Source of the DNA: Paragordius varius
Lineage: Eukaryota; Animalia; Nematomorpha
Reading direction: 5' to 3'
Assembly (NCBI GenBank): GCA_964247055.1
Contig: OZ176053.1
Coordinates: forward strand, 1,054,001 to 1,118,000
Length of the DNA stretch: 64,000 bases
Shown: positions 23,578 to 37,614 of the stretch, piece after piece
How positions within the stretch are numbered: position 1 is the stretch's first letter
Layout: every line of letters begins with the position of its first letter
Made by a program: the position numbers and the translations under genes
The notes under the pieces: generated by a model
Seen by the model: the letters and a program-made list of their open reading frames with translations, nothing else
What the model was told of the DNA's origin: nothing
Database searches by the model: none

Positions 23578-26500
23578 TTAAATAATGAAGAATCTGTTTT
23601 TACTAACTAATGTATATAAACACTCTTTTATATATTTTGATTGTAAATTATAAATAAATTATTTATTATATATTTTATCATTGATTTTTGAATGAAACTA
23701 TTTTAGATCAAGAATATATATGGTTAGAAAATAAAAATAATAACTTGGAAAGCTTTGAGGCTACATTTTACAGCAAACTATTCATTCTTGTCAAAACCAG
23801 ATGTTTATTTCAGTTGTGTTTTAGAGCTGGAAACCTATCTTTTTCCTCTAATATTAGAGAACAATAATTATTTATTAAATTTAACTACTTTCAAACTGAT
23901 ATTTATTTAATAATTATATCCAAAAATCATTGAGTCCAAAAAATAAATATGTTAAAAAGTTTCAAAACATTTTTACGGAATGACAAAACTATCTTCATTT
24001 CATTAACAAGCTTTACTGTGTTTTAGGGGAGAACTTTGCCAATCTTTGTAAAAAATGAAAAATAAATCCTATTGTGCCTTATATATTTGATCATTATCGT
24101 ATTAGTCGTCAATGTGTAAAGATCATTTACATCGTCTGTATAGTATTGCTACTATCGCTCTCCAATTATAAACTATTAAAAACAAGTTCCAACAAATAAT
24201 TATTTTTTTATCTAACAACCTTCTTTAACACAAAAATTATCCTAAGTAAATATTATTCTGATAGATAAATATATCGGGATTATACAAGGTGTCGGTTTTC
24301 GGCCTAAAGTGTGGTTGTTGCTTCATACCGAAGAATCACAAAAATTAATATTATGCTAAATAAATTTTTTAGAGATAATTTGATGTTTCATTCCAAAAAA
24401 TATCTTTGATATATATCGCGTAAATTATATTTTAAAGCAATAATATTTATATATATTTTATAATTTACATACGAAAGTAAGTTTTTATAAAATCCGGTAA
24501 ATTTCTAAAAATAAACTCATTAATGTTGAGATTCCGCAAAAGGAATATATTCACGGTGAATAAAGAAAGTTTTTAATAAAATGCATACACGGAATTTCGG
24601 AAAATTATTGAAACGTTATGATATTTTAAAATATGGTCGATACTTGTAAAAAACATATTTTTATAAATTGGCGATGCTTACCTCAGAATAAATTGTTTGT
24701 CTTCAAATTTAAATATAAAAATTGTGAATCTATAACAAAGCTTATCGTGAGGTGATAGAAATGTTAATTATCTTCGAATTATCAAGAAAAGGTGTTTTAT
24801 AATATCTTAAAGCGTTTCTATATTGTTTCGCCATGCTTTAAATTACCAACATGTATACGTACGATTCAATAAAATTTTGCCAAAAATTAAATATGAAAAG
24901 TATGCGTTTTTTTATTTTCTGTTTTAATATTATAATTGAGCAATTAAAAATTCTTATCACGCAATCTTGGCATTTTGCGCTTTATTTTAAAAGGATTAGC
25001 CTAGCCCATTTTAAGGGGTCAGAAAATCGGCTATTTTCAGGACCTAGATTTAAAATTCAATATAAATATTATTTGCTATTCAAATATAGTTCAGATATAA
25101 ATTAATGATATTTTTAATAACAAAGAATTTAGTCTTTAGCCAAAAAAATAAATTTGATATAACGTGCGCTAATTTTGGGATTTTCAATAAGGGAACAAAC
25201 ACTACAAAAGTGGAATTAACTTACTTAAATTACTCCTTAAAACCCAAAACCAAAAAGACCATGATAATTCAGATAGATTTTTCTTCCAGTATCCTTTATC
25301 AGGTTTTTTATACACCGGGTTTGGTGTACTGTGCAATATACTAATAATGTACCTTAAGTAATTAGTGCTTGTATGGTTTCATTTGGGATAAATATGCCAT
25401 TTATTAATTAACATTAACCAATATCAGAAAAACTAAAACAACTTTCAATATTAAACACATTCAACCTTGATATTCATTATAAAGGTATACAATATATGAG
25501 TAGAAACATTTATATAGTGAGTCCGAGTTGCATAATTAATATCATTGTTTTCTTAAGAAACAAACCTGTAACCAGTAAAATTTTATACGGCACACCGTAA
25601 AAAGCAATATTATGTTTAATACTTGTATATATTTGTTCTTTGCTGTGCAAGTTTATATTATATTAAATTTAAATGATGACAGAATATTAATTATTCTTTT
25701 TCACTAAAACAAAAATTGTGAGCTAAAATCTTTAACGGCAAGATGGTTGATTTTTTGCATTTAAAAGCTTATTACTAGAATTTATGATTTATAAACATTG
25801 TTCCTAGGGCTTTTCCCCGTATCAGATTTTAATTAGAATGCGATTTATCTGCTATAGAATTAATTTTGTTTAACTGATTTTAATAATGAAATCGCTTTAA
25901 GGGAGAAAATATTAGATAACTTATAAATATTTTAAGTCACTTTTTGTGATTACATAAGATTTACAAGCCGCTAATATTGTATCGAAGCTATTTTGGCATT
26001 TATTCTTTGGATTAAAATTATACTAAAATCGGCTAATTTATTTAATGATATTGAAGACTAAGGTAAATCGTGATTGGAATTAAGTAGATAATCAATAGAG
26101 ATAACATATTTATAATTTAATGCTATACGCTATTCATTACTAGAAAATAGATCAAATAAAAATTCATGTAGTGATGGACTTTTTTCGAAATTTCAAAGGC
26201 AGAATAAGAAAAATAAAAGGCTTTTTCAAAATTTAGATGTTATTATAAAAATTTTTTAACCATTATAGATATAGACATTATCCAATAATACATACTAAAC
26301 AAACTCAATTTTTACCCTGATTTTTTTGTAGGAAGTATACTGACGTATTATTTTAACTATCAATTTTACTTGTTTATTTACTTTGGTGGTTGTCTGCACA
26401 AATTGACGCATTCGATTAAATAAACAATGACCAAGGCTTTAGCTCACCAAAAACAAATCAAACCGGTTTATATCCGGTCCTTATTTGAAGGCTATAAAAG

Positions 26501-26581
26501 GGCAAATTTTTCCACGAAATTTATAAACATTTTTTATCATCTTTTCTGTGAAATAAACACTACCGAATTCCTAAAACTACT

Positions 26582-27276
26582 ATGTACAAACAAATCCATA
26601 TTATCTTAACGCTTTGCATCGCCTTATTTGCAAGTAAATCCGTTATAACCATAATATTTTTAAACTTAACATATATACCCAATATAATTGCACATATTTT
26701 TTATCCTTTAAATTTATATTTCTTTTTACGAATATGAAGGTTTGTCAATGGCATGCAGATTTAACAATCAAAATATTCGGCCAGACAGATCCATCATTCT
26801 ACGATCAGAAATATCAAACAAACATGTTTTCACGGATTGTGCGGATATGACAATAAAATTCAACATTCAACCTAAATTAAACGGTAAACAAGAGTTTTTT
26901 TAAAAAACAAAAATAATACCCATAGAATGTCGCATTTATATTGAATAAAATAATTGTTTAATAATACTTTAGTGATTAGAGAAATAAGCACAAACACACG
27001 CACAGATCGCATCTCAACAGAAATTCCAAGTTCTGGTGGTTCGCCAGTCATTATGACTGACCAAGCTATTGAATATAGAGTGGCCCCTGGCTATGCTGGC
27101 CCCATTACTGTAACGGTAAGTTTTTGTAAATATTTTTTAGAAAGAGATGTTTCGTTTTATTGAATAATACATTAATGCACTTTAAATCAATATTTTTATA
27201 ATGTATTTTAAATTTTGTATAGTATGGCCGAGATCGATTATTCATCCCTACTGTAGTTTCGCCAAGAAGGAATTAA
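26582..27276 (+). CDS. Small putatively secreted protein, copy 2 (130 aa; exons 26582-26633, 26740-26883, 26973-27115, 27223-27276)
   Basis: Same exon sizes (52/144/143/54), intact splice sites and frame; a ~13-bp deletion just upstream of the ATG does not touch the CDS. Confidence 0.9.
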
Positions 27277-28225
27277 AATCAAATAATGAAGAATCTGTTT
27301 TTATTAATGTATATAAACACTCATGTATATATTCTGTTTATAAATTAAAAATAAATTATTTATTTTATATTCAATTATGATTTTTGGATGAAACGATTTT
27401 AGATGCAGGCAAACAAATATATACACCGTTAGAAAATAAAAAAATAACCTGGAAAGCTTTGAGGCTACATTTGGCCAGCCACTTGATTTTATTCATGTTA
27501 AACCCTGCTGCTTATTTCAGTCGTGTTTTAGAGCTTGTCACAATTTTAGACTCTATAAATTAAAAAATATATTTTTTATATAACATAGGGAGACAATGTT
27601 TGATAATTAAAAATCAACTTAAAAACAGTTGGTTATTTAAAAAATGTCACGAAATGTCATTGTGTACAAAAAAATATAAATGTAATAAAGTGTCTAATGA
27701 TTTTTATGGAATCAAACCTAATTTAATATATTACACTAGACAAAAAATATTTTCTGCTATTCGAGTTTACCCTTTTCAGATGTTTACTTTCATTTTAAGT
27801 AAATCCGAATAAAAATTTATGATTCTGCCTAAGATTTATTTGTATTTCGGTTTTTTACGATTTTGGGCCCCTATCAATATTTTAATAAAAAATATATTTT
27901 TTTTAAAATAAACAGCAAATGCCCATTTTTATTTATTGTTCGAAAGAGTAATAAAAACTCTATTGGATACTATATTTTACATCTATAGTTCATAATGTAG
28001 ACTGAAACGACAAACCCGCTAAGCGAGAGCGTTCTTGTCAATAAATATATTTTTAAAACCAATGGACAAAAATAGCCCAAACTTTGTTAAGATGGCCATT
28101 TCCAAAATCCATTTTAGTTTTATTGATATTACCATTTCATCGATATTAAATATTTTCTTTAAAAGAGTTTTAATTATAAAATTACAAAGACTAGAAATAA
28201 AGTGTAAAGCATTTTTGATCTTTTA

Positions 28226-28509
28226 CATTAAAAATTCAAATTATGCGGACAAAATAAATATAAAGACAAATATTTTTTTTAAAAGACAACCAACCATACC
28301 TTTTAAACTTTAATGTTTCCCATATAAGCTATTTAGTTACCGTTGTAAAATATGTAACTTATTGTGTTAGTATTATATCTATATTTCACACTTTGTTAAT
28401 TTAAACAACAAGTTATATAGGTATAAATCTAGATTTAAAAAGTATGGTTGTCTATTTGAAAAAAATATTTGCCTTTATATTACAACGTTTTGTCCGTATA
28501 TTTTTACTG
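28226..28509. mobile_element. Old CAGTAAAAA-family MITE that is part of the ancestral repeat unit (also after copies 3-6, truncated after copy 7)
   Basis: TA-flanked; left cattaaaaattcaaattatgcggacaaaa..aaagacaacc and right ggttgtc..acgttttgtccgtatatttttactg correspond to the TIRs of 21016-21304. Confidence 0.75.
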
Positions 28510-28895
28510 TATAACCATATGTAATAAATGAAGCTTTATTCCAATCTATGATTAGGAATTAATTTAGCGCGCACCGAGTTGCATTCTAACTATTAATGTT
28601 TGCTTAAGAAACAAATATTTTTGGAGCGCTGTTTAATTCCACTGTTTCCCGTAAAATATCATACGGCACACCGTAAAAAGGAATTTTATGTTAATATTTT
28701 ATATATTAGTTCTTTGCTATGCAAGCCTATAAATATATAACATATAATTTGGTCGATAAATTATTAATTATCGTTTTTGACAAAAACAAAAATTGGGAGT
28801 TAAAATGTTGTTAGCGCATTTGACTAATTATAATACGATTCATAAAACATTAATGTTAAAAGATTTCGAAAACGAAATTGTTTTATAGTTTAACT

Positions 28896-31484
28896 CAGTG
28901 GTACTCAAACCGCGGCCCGCGGGCCGCATGCGGCCCTAAGAGTGCTTTAAAATTGCCCTATGACCATATTGATACTTAAATTATTTTCTTGATTGATGAA
29001 TTTTTTCAATACACATAAACGAATTGTCGCTTATTTTAATACTTAAGATTTAATTTTGGTAATTTTTATTCTTTACCCAATTTAAAATGTAGAGAAATTT
29101 CCCTACATTACATCATGTATCCTTTGTTTTATCAAAAATTTATTTTTTTGTTAAATGGATATAAATATTTGGTAAAGAATGGAAAAAACAAGAGCTCATT
29201 GGTATTAACAATATCATATTCATCAAAAGTTTAAGAATTACCATAGAGCTCTTGTTTTTTCCATTCTTTACCAAATATTTATACCCATTTAACGAAAAAA
29301 ATAACTTTTTGATAAAATAAAGGATACATGACTGTTTCATTTCGGCACACGTTGTTTCTGTATTCTATTTTTTTCTATTCTGAAATTTTAATTGTGTGTA
29401 TTTTAACAAGCCTTTCACCCAAACTTGCATATACATATTCTTTTCGTTGCTATCCTGCATTATTTTTTATAACTCATTCCCATAAAATATTTTTCAAATC
29501 AACATCATTATATTTCGACCTGTTTTTTATAGCATGAATTCAAATTATATTCCTATTTTTTAAAAAAAATTACATAATATTTAAACATAAATTCAAAGGA
29601 TGACATCTAATGCTAAAAAACGCAAAATTATCCGATGAAAATCGCTCCTTTAAAAAAGATTGGAAAGAAACTGTCGTTTAAAATAATATTATTGTTACCT
29701 GCCGTTATGTAAGGACAGCATAATTATAAAAAAATATAATATTGAAAGACATTTTAAAATCCATCATTCTTATAAATTACCAGAAAATCATGAGAAAAGA
29801 AACGGAAAAAAAATTAAGAATTATACCAAAAAGAAAAATCTATTATATCCATATCTTTAGCCAGGAGAAAGCTGTAATATTAGCTTCGTATGCTATATTT
29901 TAGGAAAAATATGAAACCGTTTACTGATTCCAACTAATAAAAGAATGTCTAATAAATGGTTGCACTTTTTTATTTGATAAATTCCATAATACAAATTATG
30001 AGGCAAATTAAAAAACTTCAACTTTATGATTCAACATGTGCCCGACGATATGAAAATATGGCTAATATATTTTTAACGATACATTATTGGCTCTGAAAAA
30101 TTACAAGTATTGCTATTGATTCTAGCACTGATATTAGTTCAACACCTCAACTTGCGCTCTTCGTAAGGATTTTACAACGACATAATCAAAGATGAATATT
30201 TAAATTTTACCAATGAATAATATCACAAAAAGAAGTGATTTTCTCGAAATAATTATTTTTTTGGATAATAATCGTATATCTATGAAAAAATTGGTTTCGA
30301 TGCACTGGCTGTCCCTCTATGATTGGAATAAACAACGGATTTATTCCTCTTCTAAAAAAGAAATATAATTTGCAAAATATTTATCCTTTCACTGCTTTCA
30401 TTATAATTAACTACATCCATGGCAGAGAATTCAATCATCATAAATTCAAAAACCTTCTGAAAGATATCCACAGTGAATTTGATGATATTCTTTTGTAGTC
30501 GGCTGTGAGATGGTTAAACCTTAGCAAAGTATTAAATAGATTTTTTTTACGACAAGAAATTCTATTATTTAGAAAAGATAACAGAAAGTTTGACGAGGAA
30601 ATTAATTGTGACAAATAGTGGGTGTTATTAGCCTACCTTTGCCACATTACTTATAAACTTAGAATTTTTGATATAAGTCTTCAAGGGAGCAAAATAATAA
30701 CCCAATTTTTCTAAATTATTTGCTTTTGAAGAGAAAATAATATATAAACAAGATTTTATAATTAAAACATTCCTATATTTTCCAACACTTAAAACGATTC
30801 ATGTAAATCTGGATTTACCGCGGTGATTAATTTAATAATAGACAATCATTTAACATTTTTATCTAATGAGATGAAATTAGATTTCAAGAATTAATAAATA
30901 TTATAAATTGCTTAAAACTCGTTGAAAATCCATGGCATATGAATATATCCAATAGTATTTCGGTTTTGATCAGGCGCATATCATTGAAGAATTCGTAGAT
31001 TTTAAAAATGCCAATTTGGAGGCTATACTCAAGGAGATTCGTGGGGAAGAAGATATGTAGAGTTTTGGCTAGATGTGCCAAATAAAAAAAAATGTGCTCA
31101 AGTCATTTTAAATGTTTCCCTCAACTTACACGTGTGAGACGGCGTATTCAAAAATGAAATATGTCAAGAATACATACAGAAATCGCTTAACCGATGATCA
31201 TATGGACGAGGTATTAAGTGGCCTGTCATGAGGCGAAACAAATTAGTCAAAAATTATTGATTAATATCAAAATAAATGTTGTTAATTTGAACTAAACGGT
31301 GCAAAACGAGTTTTTAGCTGGATTTACATGTAATCAGCACATAATTCTTTGTGCTGATGTAGAGTATAAATATGTGCATTTTGTAAAATAGTATGGAGTA
31401 TTTTTCATTATAAGGTTCATGATGGCCCTCGAAAAAAATATATATTTTATTTGGCCCGTTAAATTTTTTTGGTGAGTACCACTG
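28896..31484 (+). mobile_element. hAT Buster/SPIN-like element (defective), insertion A in the array
   Basis: TIRs CAGTGGTACTCA / TGAGTACCACTG; 8-bp TSD GTTTAACT (28888-28895, 31485-31492); empty site ttttatagtttaacttctag in other units. Transposase relic MTSNAKKRKLSDENRSFKKDW, IDSSTDISSTPQLALFVR, AVRWLNL, RNRLTDDHM. Confidence 0.95.
29113..29332. repeat. ~220-bp near-perfect inverted repeat (arms ~90 bp, loop ~35 bp) inside hAT insertion A
   Basis: tcatgtatcctttgttttatcaaaaa...ggaaaaaacaagagctc pairs with gagctcttgttttttcc...gataaaataaaaggatacatga; absent from the other hAT copies. Confidence 0.9.
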
Positions 31485-32171
31485 GTTTAACTTCTAGTTA
31501 TAATTCAATGTCTATTTGTGGTTACACAAGATTAATAAGCAACTAATATTTTATCGAGCTATTTTTCCATTTATTATTTGAACCAAATTTATATTGAAGT
31601 TGGTTAATTTTTAAGCGCTCATATTAATGAGCACTGCATGATTGGTGGAAGGAATTGAATATAGATAATATAATTATAATTTGAAAATTTGCCATAAGCG
31701 ATTTCCAAAAATCAAAAGCATTGAAAATTAATCCATGAGTAAGCGGGTTTTTTGAAGTTATGTGCGTTTAATGATAAATCGCTCTTTAAAATTTAGGAGC
31801 ACTTTATAAATATTAAAAAAAATTTCTTCTCTAATTAAAATCAAATATTTACGACAATCATCCAATAATACATAATAAACAAACTATTATACCTTGATTT
31901 GTGGGTAGCATAGTTGGTGTTTATTATTTTAACTATGAATTTTACTCGTTTATTTATTTTGGTGGTTGTCTGCACTAATTGACGCAATTCGATTAAATAA
32001 ACAATGACAAAGTCTTTAGCTCACCAAAAACAAATCAAACCGGTTTATATCCGGTCCTTAATTGATGGCTATAAAAGGGCGGGTTTTTCTACGAAATTCA
32101 TAAACATTTTTTATCGACTTTTCCCTGAAATAAACACTACCTAATTCCTAAAACTACTAACCCTGTCTACA

Positions 32172-32866
32172 ATGTACAAACAAATCCATATTATCTTAAC
32201 GCTTTGCATCGCCTTATTTGCAAGTAAATCCGTTATAACTATAATATTTTTAAACTTAACCAGTATTACCTATATATTGGCATACATTATTTTTTATTAT
32301 AAATTTGTTTTTCTTTCACGAATATGAAGGTTTGTCAATGGCATGCAAATTTAACAATCAAAATATTCGGCCTGACAGGTCCATCATTCTACGATCAGAA
32401 ATATCGAACAAACATGTTTTCACGGATTGTGCGGATATGACAATAAAATTCAACATTCAACCTAAATTAAACGGTAAACAAGAGTTTTTTAAAAAAACAA
32501 AAATAATACCCATAGAATGTCGCATTTATATTGAATAAAATAATTGTTTAATAATACTTTAGTGATTAGAGAAATAAGCACAAACACACGCTTAGATCGC
32601 ATCTCAACAGAAATTCCAAGTTCTGGTGGTTCGCCAGTCATTATGACTGACCAAGCTATTGAATATAGAGTGGCCCCTGGCTATGCTGGCCCCATTACTG
32701 TAACGGTAAGTTTTTGTAAATATTTTTTAGAAAGAGATGTTTCGTTTTATTGAATAATACATTAATGCACTTTAAATCAATATTTTTATAATGTATTTTA
32801 AATTTTGTATAGTATGGACGAGATCGATTATTCATCCCTACTGTAGTTTCGCCAAGAAGGAATTAA
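32172..32866 (+). CDS. Small putatively secreted protein, copy 3 (130 aa; exons 32172-32223, 32330-32473, 32563-32705, 32813-32866)
   Basis: Intact four-exon model; variants K24, L76. Confidence 0.9.
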
Positions 32867-33579
32867 AATCAAATAATGAAGAATCTGTTTTTATTAATGT
32901 ATATAAACACTCATGTACATATTCTTTTTATAAATTAAAAATAATTTATTTATTTTATATTCAATTATGATTTTTGGATGAAACGATTTTAGATGCAGGC
33001 AAACAAATATATACATCGTTAGAAAATAAAAAAATAACTTGGAAAGCTTTGAGGCTACATTTGGCCAGCCACTTGATTTTATTCATGTTAAACCCTGTAT
33101 TTCAGTCGTGTTTTGGAGCTTGTCACAATTTTAGACTCCTAAAATTAATAAATATACTTTTTATCTAACATAGGAGGACAATGTTTGATAATTAAAAATC
33201 AACTTACAAACAGTTGGTTATTTAAAAAATTATGTCTCGAAATGTCATTGTGTACAAAAAAATATAAATGTTATAAAGTGTCTAATGATTTTTATGGAAT
33301 CAAACCTAATTTATTATATTACACTAGACAAAAAATATTTTCTGCTATTCGAGTTTTAGCCTTTTCTGATGTTTACTTTCATTTTAAGTAAATCCGAATA
33401 AAAATTTATGATTCTGCCTAAGATTTATTTGTATTTCGGTTTTTTTACGATTTTGGGCCCCTTATCAATATTTTAATAAATAATATATTTTTTTAAAATA
33501 AACAGCAAATGCCCATTTTTATTTATTGTTCGAAAGACTAATAAAAACTCTATTGCATACTATATTTTACAATGTAGAC

Positions 33580-36041
33580 CAGTGATACTCATACCGCGGC
33601 CCGCGGGCCGCATGTGGCCCTAAGAGTGCTTTAAAATTGCCCTATGACCATATTGATACTTATAGTATTTTTTTAACACATAAACGAATTTTCGATTATT
33701 TTAATATTAATTTATTTTTTTTAGAATTGGTAGTTTTAATTTTTTACCCAATTCGAAATGCGAAAAATTTCCCTAAATTAAAATAATTTCAAAATTTTGG
33801 CACACGTTGTTTGTGTTTCTGTATTCTATTTTATTTTTTATTTTGAAATTTTTATTGCATTCTTTTGTATTTAAGCAAGCCTTTCATCCAAACTTGCATA
33901 TACATATTCTTTTCATAGCTATCCTGCCTCATTTTTATAACTCATTCCCATAAAATATTTTTCAAATCGACATCATTAAATTTTAACTTGTTTTTTTATA
34001 GCGTAATTGAAATTATTCGTGTTTTGAAAATATCATAATATTTAATCATGAATTCAAAGGATGACATCTAATGCTAAAAAAACGTAAATTATCCGTTGAA
34101 AATCGCCCTTTAAAAAGAATGCTTAGTAAAATTCTTTGTCGTTTAGAATAAAAATGTTGGTACCTGCCTTATATGTAAGGACAACATTATAAAAAAATAC
34201 AATATTGAAAGAATTTTACAATCCATTTTACTCATAAATTACCAGAAAATCACGAGGAAAAACGATAAATATAAAAAGATTAAGGAATTATACCAGGAAA
34301 AATCTATTATGTCTATATCTTTCTCCCAGGAAAAAGTTGTATATTGCCTTCGTATGAAATTCGTTATATTTTAGGAAAAAACATCAAACCCTTTACTGAT
34401 TCCCAACTAAAAGAATGTCTAATAAATGGTTGCACTTTTTTATTTGATAAATTCCATATAAAGATCAAATCATGAGGCAAATTAAAAAACTTCAACTTTC
34501 TGTAACATGTGCTCTACGCATTGAAGATACTAAATATATTTTTAATTATTGGCTCTGAAAAACTGCGAATACTTTAGTAGCTATTGATTCTAGCACTGAT
34601 ATTAGTACAACACCTCAATGTGCGCTCTTCGTAAGATTTTGCAACGACAACATAAACAACGATAAATATTTAAATTTTTTACCAATGAATAATACCACAA
34701 AAGGAAGTGATTTCTCGAATTAATTAAGACTTTTTTCGATAATAATGGTATATCTATGAAAAATTGGTTTCGATCTGCACAGATGGTTGTCCCTCTATAA
34801 TTGGAATAACCAAAGGATTTATTCCTCTTTTGAAAAACAAATATAATTTACAAAATATTTTATCCTTTCACTGCTTTATTCATCAAAATTGGTTTCGCGT
34901 GTAAAAGATGAATCACTCAATTCAGTAATTTAAACGGTTGTGGATATAGTTACCCACATCCGTGGCAGAGAATAAAACCGCCGTAAATTCAAAAACCTTC
35001 TGAAAGATATCCACAGTGAGGTTGATTATATTCTTTTGTACACCGCTGTGAGATGGCTAAGCCTTAGCACCGTATTAAATAGATTTTTGTTTTAAGACAT
35101 GAAATTCTATTATTTCTAAAAGATAACAGAAAGTTGGAGGAGGAAATTATTAGTGACATATGGTGGGTTTTATTAGCCTACCTTTGCGACATTACTTATA
35201 AACTTTTTTAATACGTCGTCAAGGAAGCAAAATAACCTGATTTGCTAATGAAATATCTTTTAAAAATTAATAATATAAACTAAATTTTATAAATTAAACA
35301 CTCCTATATCCAACAATTAAAACGATTTATAAAGAAAATCTGGAATTTAGCACGGAGATTAATTTAATAATAGATCATCTAACATTTTTATATAATGAGA
35401 TATAATTCAGATTTCAAAAATTAAGATATATTAAAAATTGCTTAAAACTCGTAAAAAATCCATGGCAATGGATATATTCTATTAAACAACTTAAGCATTT
35501 CGGTTTTGATCAGGCGCATATCATTGAAGACTTCGTATGTTAAAATTCCAATTTGGATATTTAAAGAGAATCGTAGAGAATAAAGATATGTAGAGTTTTG
35601 GCAAGATGTGCCAAATAAATATGAAAATATAAAAAAAAGTGCTCATATCCTAACTCTTTTTCACTCAACTTACACGCGGTCATATTAAAAAATAAAATAT
35701 GTTAAGAATACATACAGAAACCGCTTAACCGATGATCATATGGACGACGTATTAAGATTGGCCTGTCATGAGGCGAAACCAAATTTGTCAAAAAATATTG
35801 GTTAATATCGAAATAAAAATTGTAATCAAAATAAATATTTTAATTTTTTAAACTAAATGGTAAACCAGTTTTTAGCTGGATTCACGTGCGATCCGCAAAA
35901 AATTTATTGTGCCGATTTAGAGTATAAATATGTGCATATGTGTTAAATAGCTATGGAATATTTGCCATTATAAGGTTCATGGCACTCGAAAAAAAAATAT
36001 ATTTTATTTGGCCCGTCAAATTTTTTTGGTGAGTACCACTG
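33580..36041 (+). mobile_element. hAT Buster/SPIN-like element (defective), insertion B in the array
   Basis: TIRs CAGTGATACTCA / TGAGTACCACTG; TSD ATGTAGAC (33572-33579, 36042-36049); empty site cataatgtagactgaaacg at ~27995 and ~54130. Relic motifs SYEIRYILGKNIKPFTD, CTDGCPS, HCFIHQ, YTAVRWLSLS. Confidence 0.95.
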
Positions 36042-37614
36042 ATGTAGACTGAAACGACAAACCCGCTAAGCGAGAGCGTTCTTGTCAATAAATATATTTT
36101 TAAAACCAATGGACAAAAATAGCCCAAACTTTGTTAAGATGGCCATTTCCAAAATCCATTTTAGTTTTATTGATATTACCATTTCATTGATATTAAAATT
36201 TTCTTTAAAAGAGTTTTAATTATTAAATTACAAAGACTATAAATAAAGTGTAAAGCATTCTTGATCTTTTACATTAAAAATTCAAATTATGCGGACAAAA
36301 TAAATATAAAGACAAATATTTTTTTAAAAGACAACCAACCATACTTTTTAAACTTTAATGTTTCCTATATAAGCTATTTAGTTACTGTTGTAAAATATGT
36401 AACTTATTGTGTTGGTATTATATCTATATTTCATACTTTGTTAATTTAAACAACAAGTTATATAGGTATAAATCTAGATTTAAAAAGCATGGTTGTCTAA
36501 TATAAAAAAATATTTGCCTTTATATTTCAACGTTTTGTCCGTATATTTTTACTGTATAACAATATGTAATAAATGAAGCTTTATTCCAATCTATGATTAG
36601 GAACATTTAATTTAGCGCGCACCGAGTTGCATTCTAAATATTAATGTTTGCTTAAGAAACAAATATTTTTGGAGCGCTGTTTAATTCCACTGTTTCCCGT
36701 AAAATATCATACGGCACACCGTAAAAAGGAATTAATATTTTATATATTGGTTCTTTGCTATGCAAGCCTATGAATATATAACATATAATTTGGTCAATAA
36801 AATATTAATTATCGTTTTTGACAAAAACAAAAATTGGGAGTTAAAATGTTGCGCATTTGACTAATTATAATACGATTCATAAAACATTAATGTTATAAGA
36901 TTTCGAAAACGAAACTGTTTTATAGTTTAACTTCTAGTTATAATTCAATGTCTATTTGTGGTTACACAAGATTAATAAGCAACTAATATTTTATCGAGCT
37001 ATTTTTCCATTTATTATTTGAACCGAATTTATATTGAAGTTGGTTAATTTTTAAGCGCCCATATTAATGAGCACTTTGCATGATTGGTGGAAGGAATTGA
37101 ATATAGATAATATAATTATAATTTGAAAATTTGCCATAAGCGATTCCCAAAAATCAAAAGCATTGAAAATTAATCCATGAGTAAGCGGGTTTTTTGAAGT
37201 TTTGTGCGTTTAATGATAAATCGCTCTTTAAAATTTAGGAGCACCTTATAAATATTAAAAAAAAATTCTTATCTAATTAAAATCAAATATTTACGACAAT
37301 CATCCAATAATACATAATAAACAAACTATTATACCTTGATTTGTGGGTAGCATAGTTGGGGTTTATTATTTTAACTATCAATTTTACTTGTTTATTTACT
37401 TTGGTGGTTGTTTGCACTAATTGACGCAATTCGATTAAATAAACAATGACAAAGTCTTTAGCTCACCAAAAACAAATCAAACCGGTTTATATCCGGTCCT
37501 TATTTGATGGCTATAAAAGGGCGGGTTTTTCTACGAAATTCATAAACATTTTTTATCGACTTTTCCCTGAAAATAAACACTACCGAATTCCTAAAACTAC
37601 TAACCCTGTCTACA

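Noticed and set aside
26954-27163. Repeated track ORFs MFNNTLVIREIS... and MACKFNNQ... as stand-alone genes
   Set aside because: They are exons 2 and 3 of the spliced gene read through into introns; conservation drops at the GT/AG boundaries.
27600-27812. Recurrent MIIKNQL... ORFs in each spacer as a second gene or partner
   Set aside because: Non-ATG starts, frame-changing indels between copies, no splice or composition support; repeated only because the spacer is repeated.
29140-29340. 66-aa minus-strand ORF
   Set aside because: Coincides with the 220-bp inverted repeat; no coding signature.
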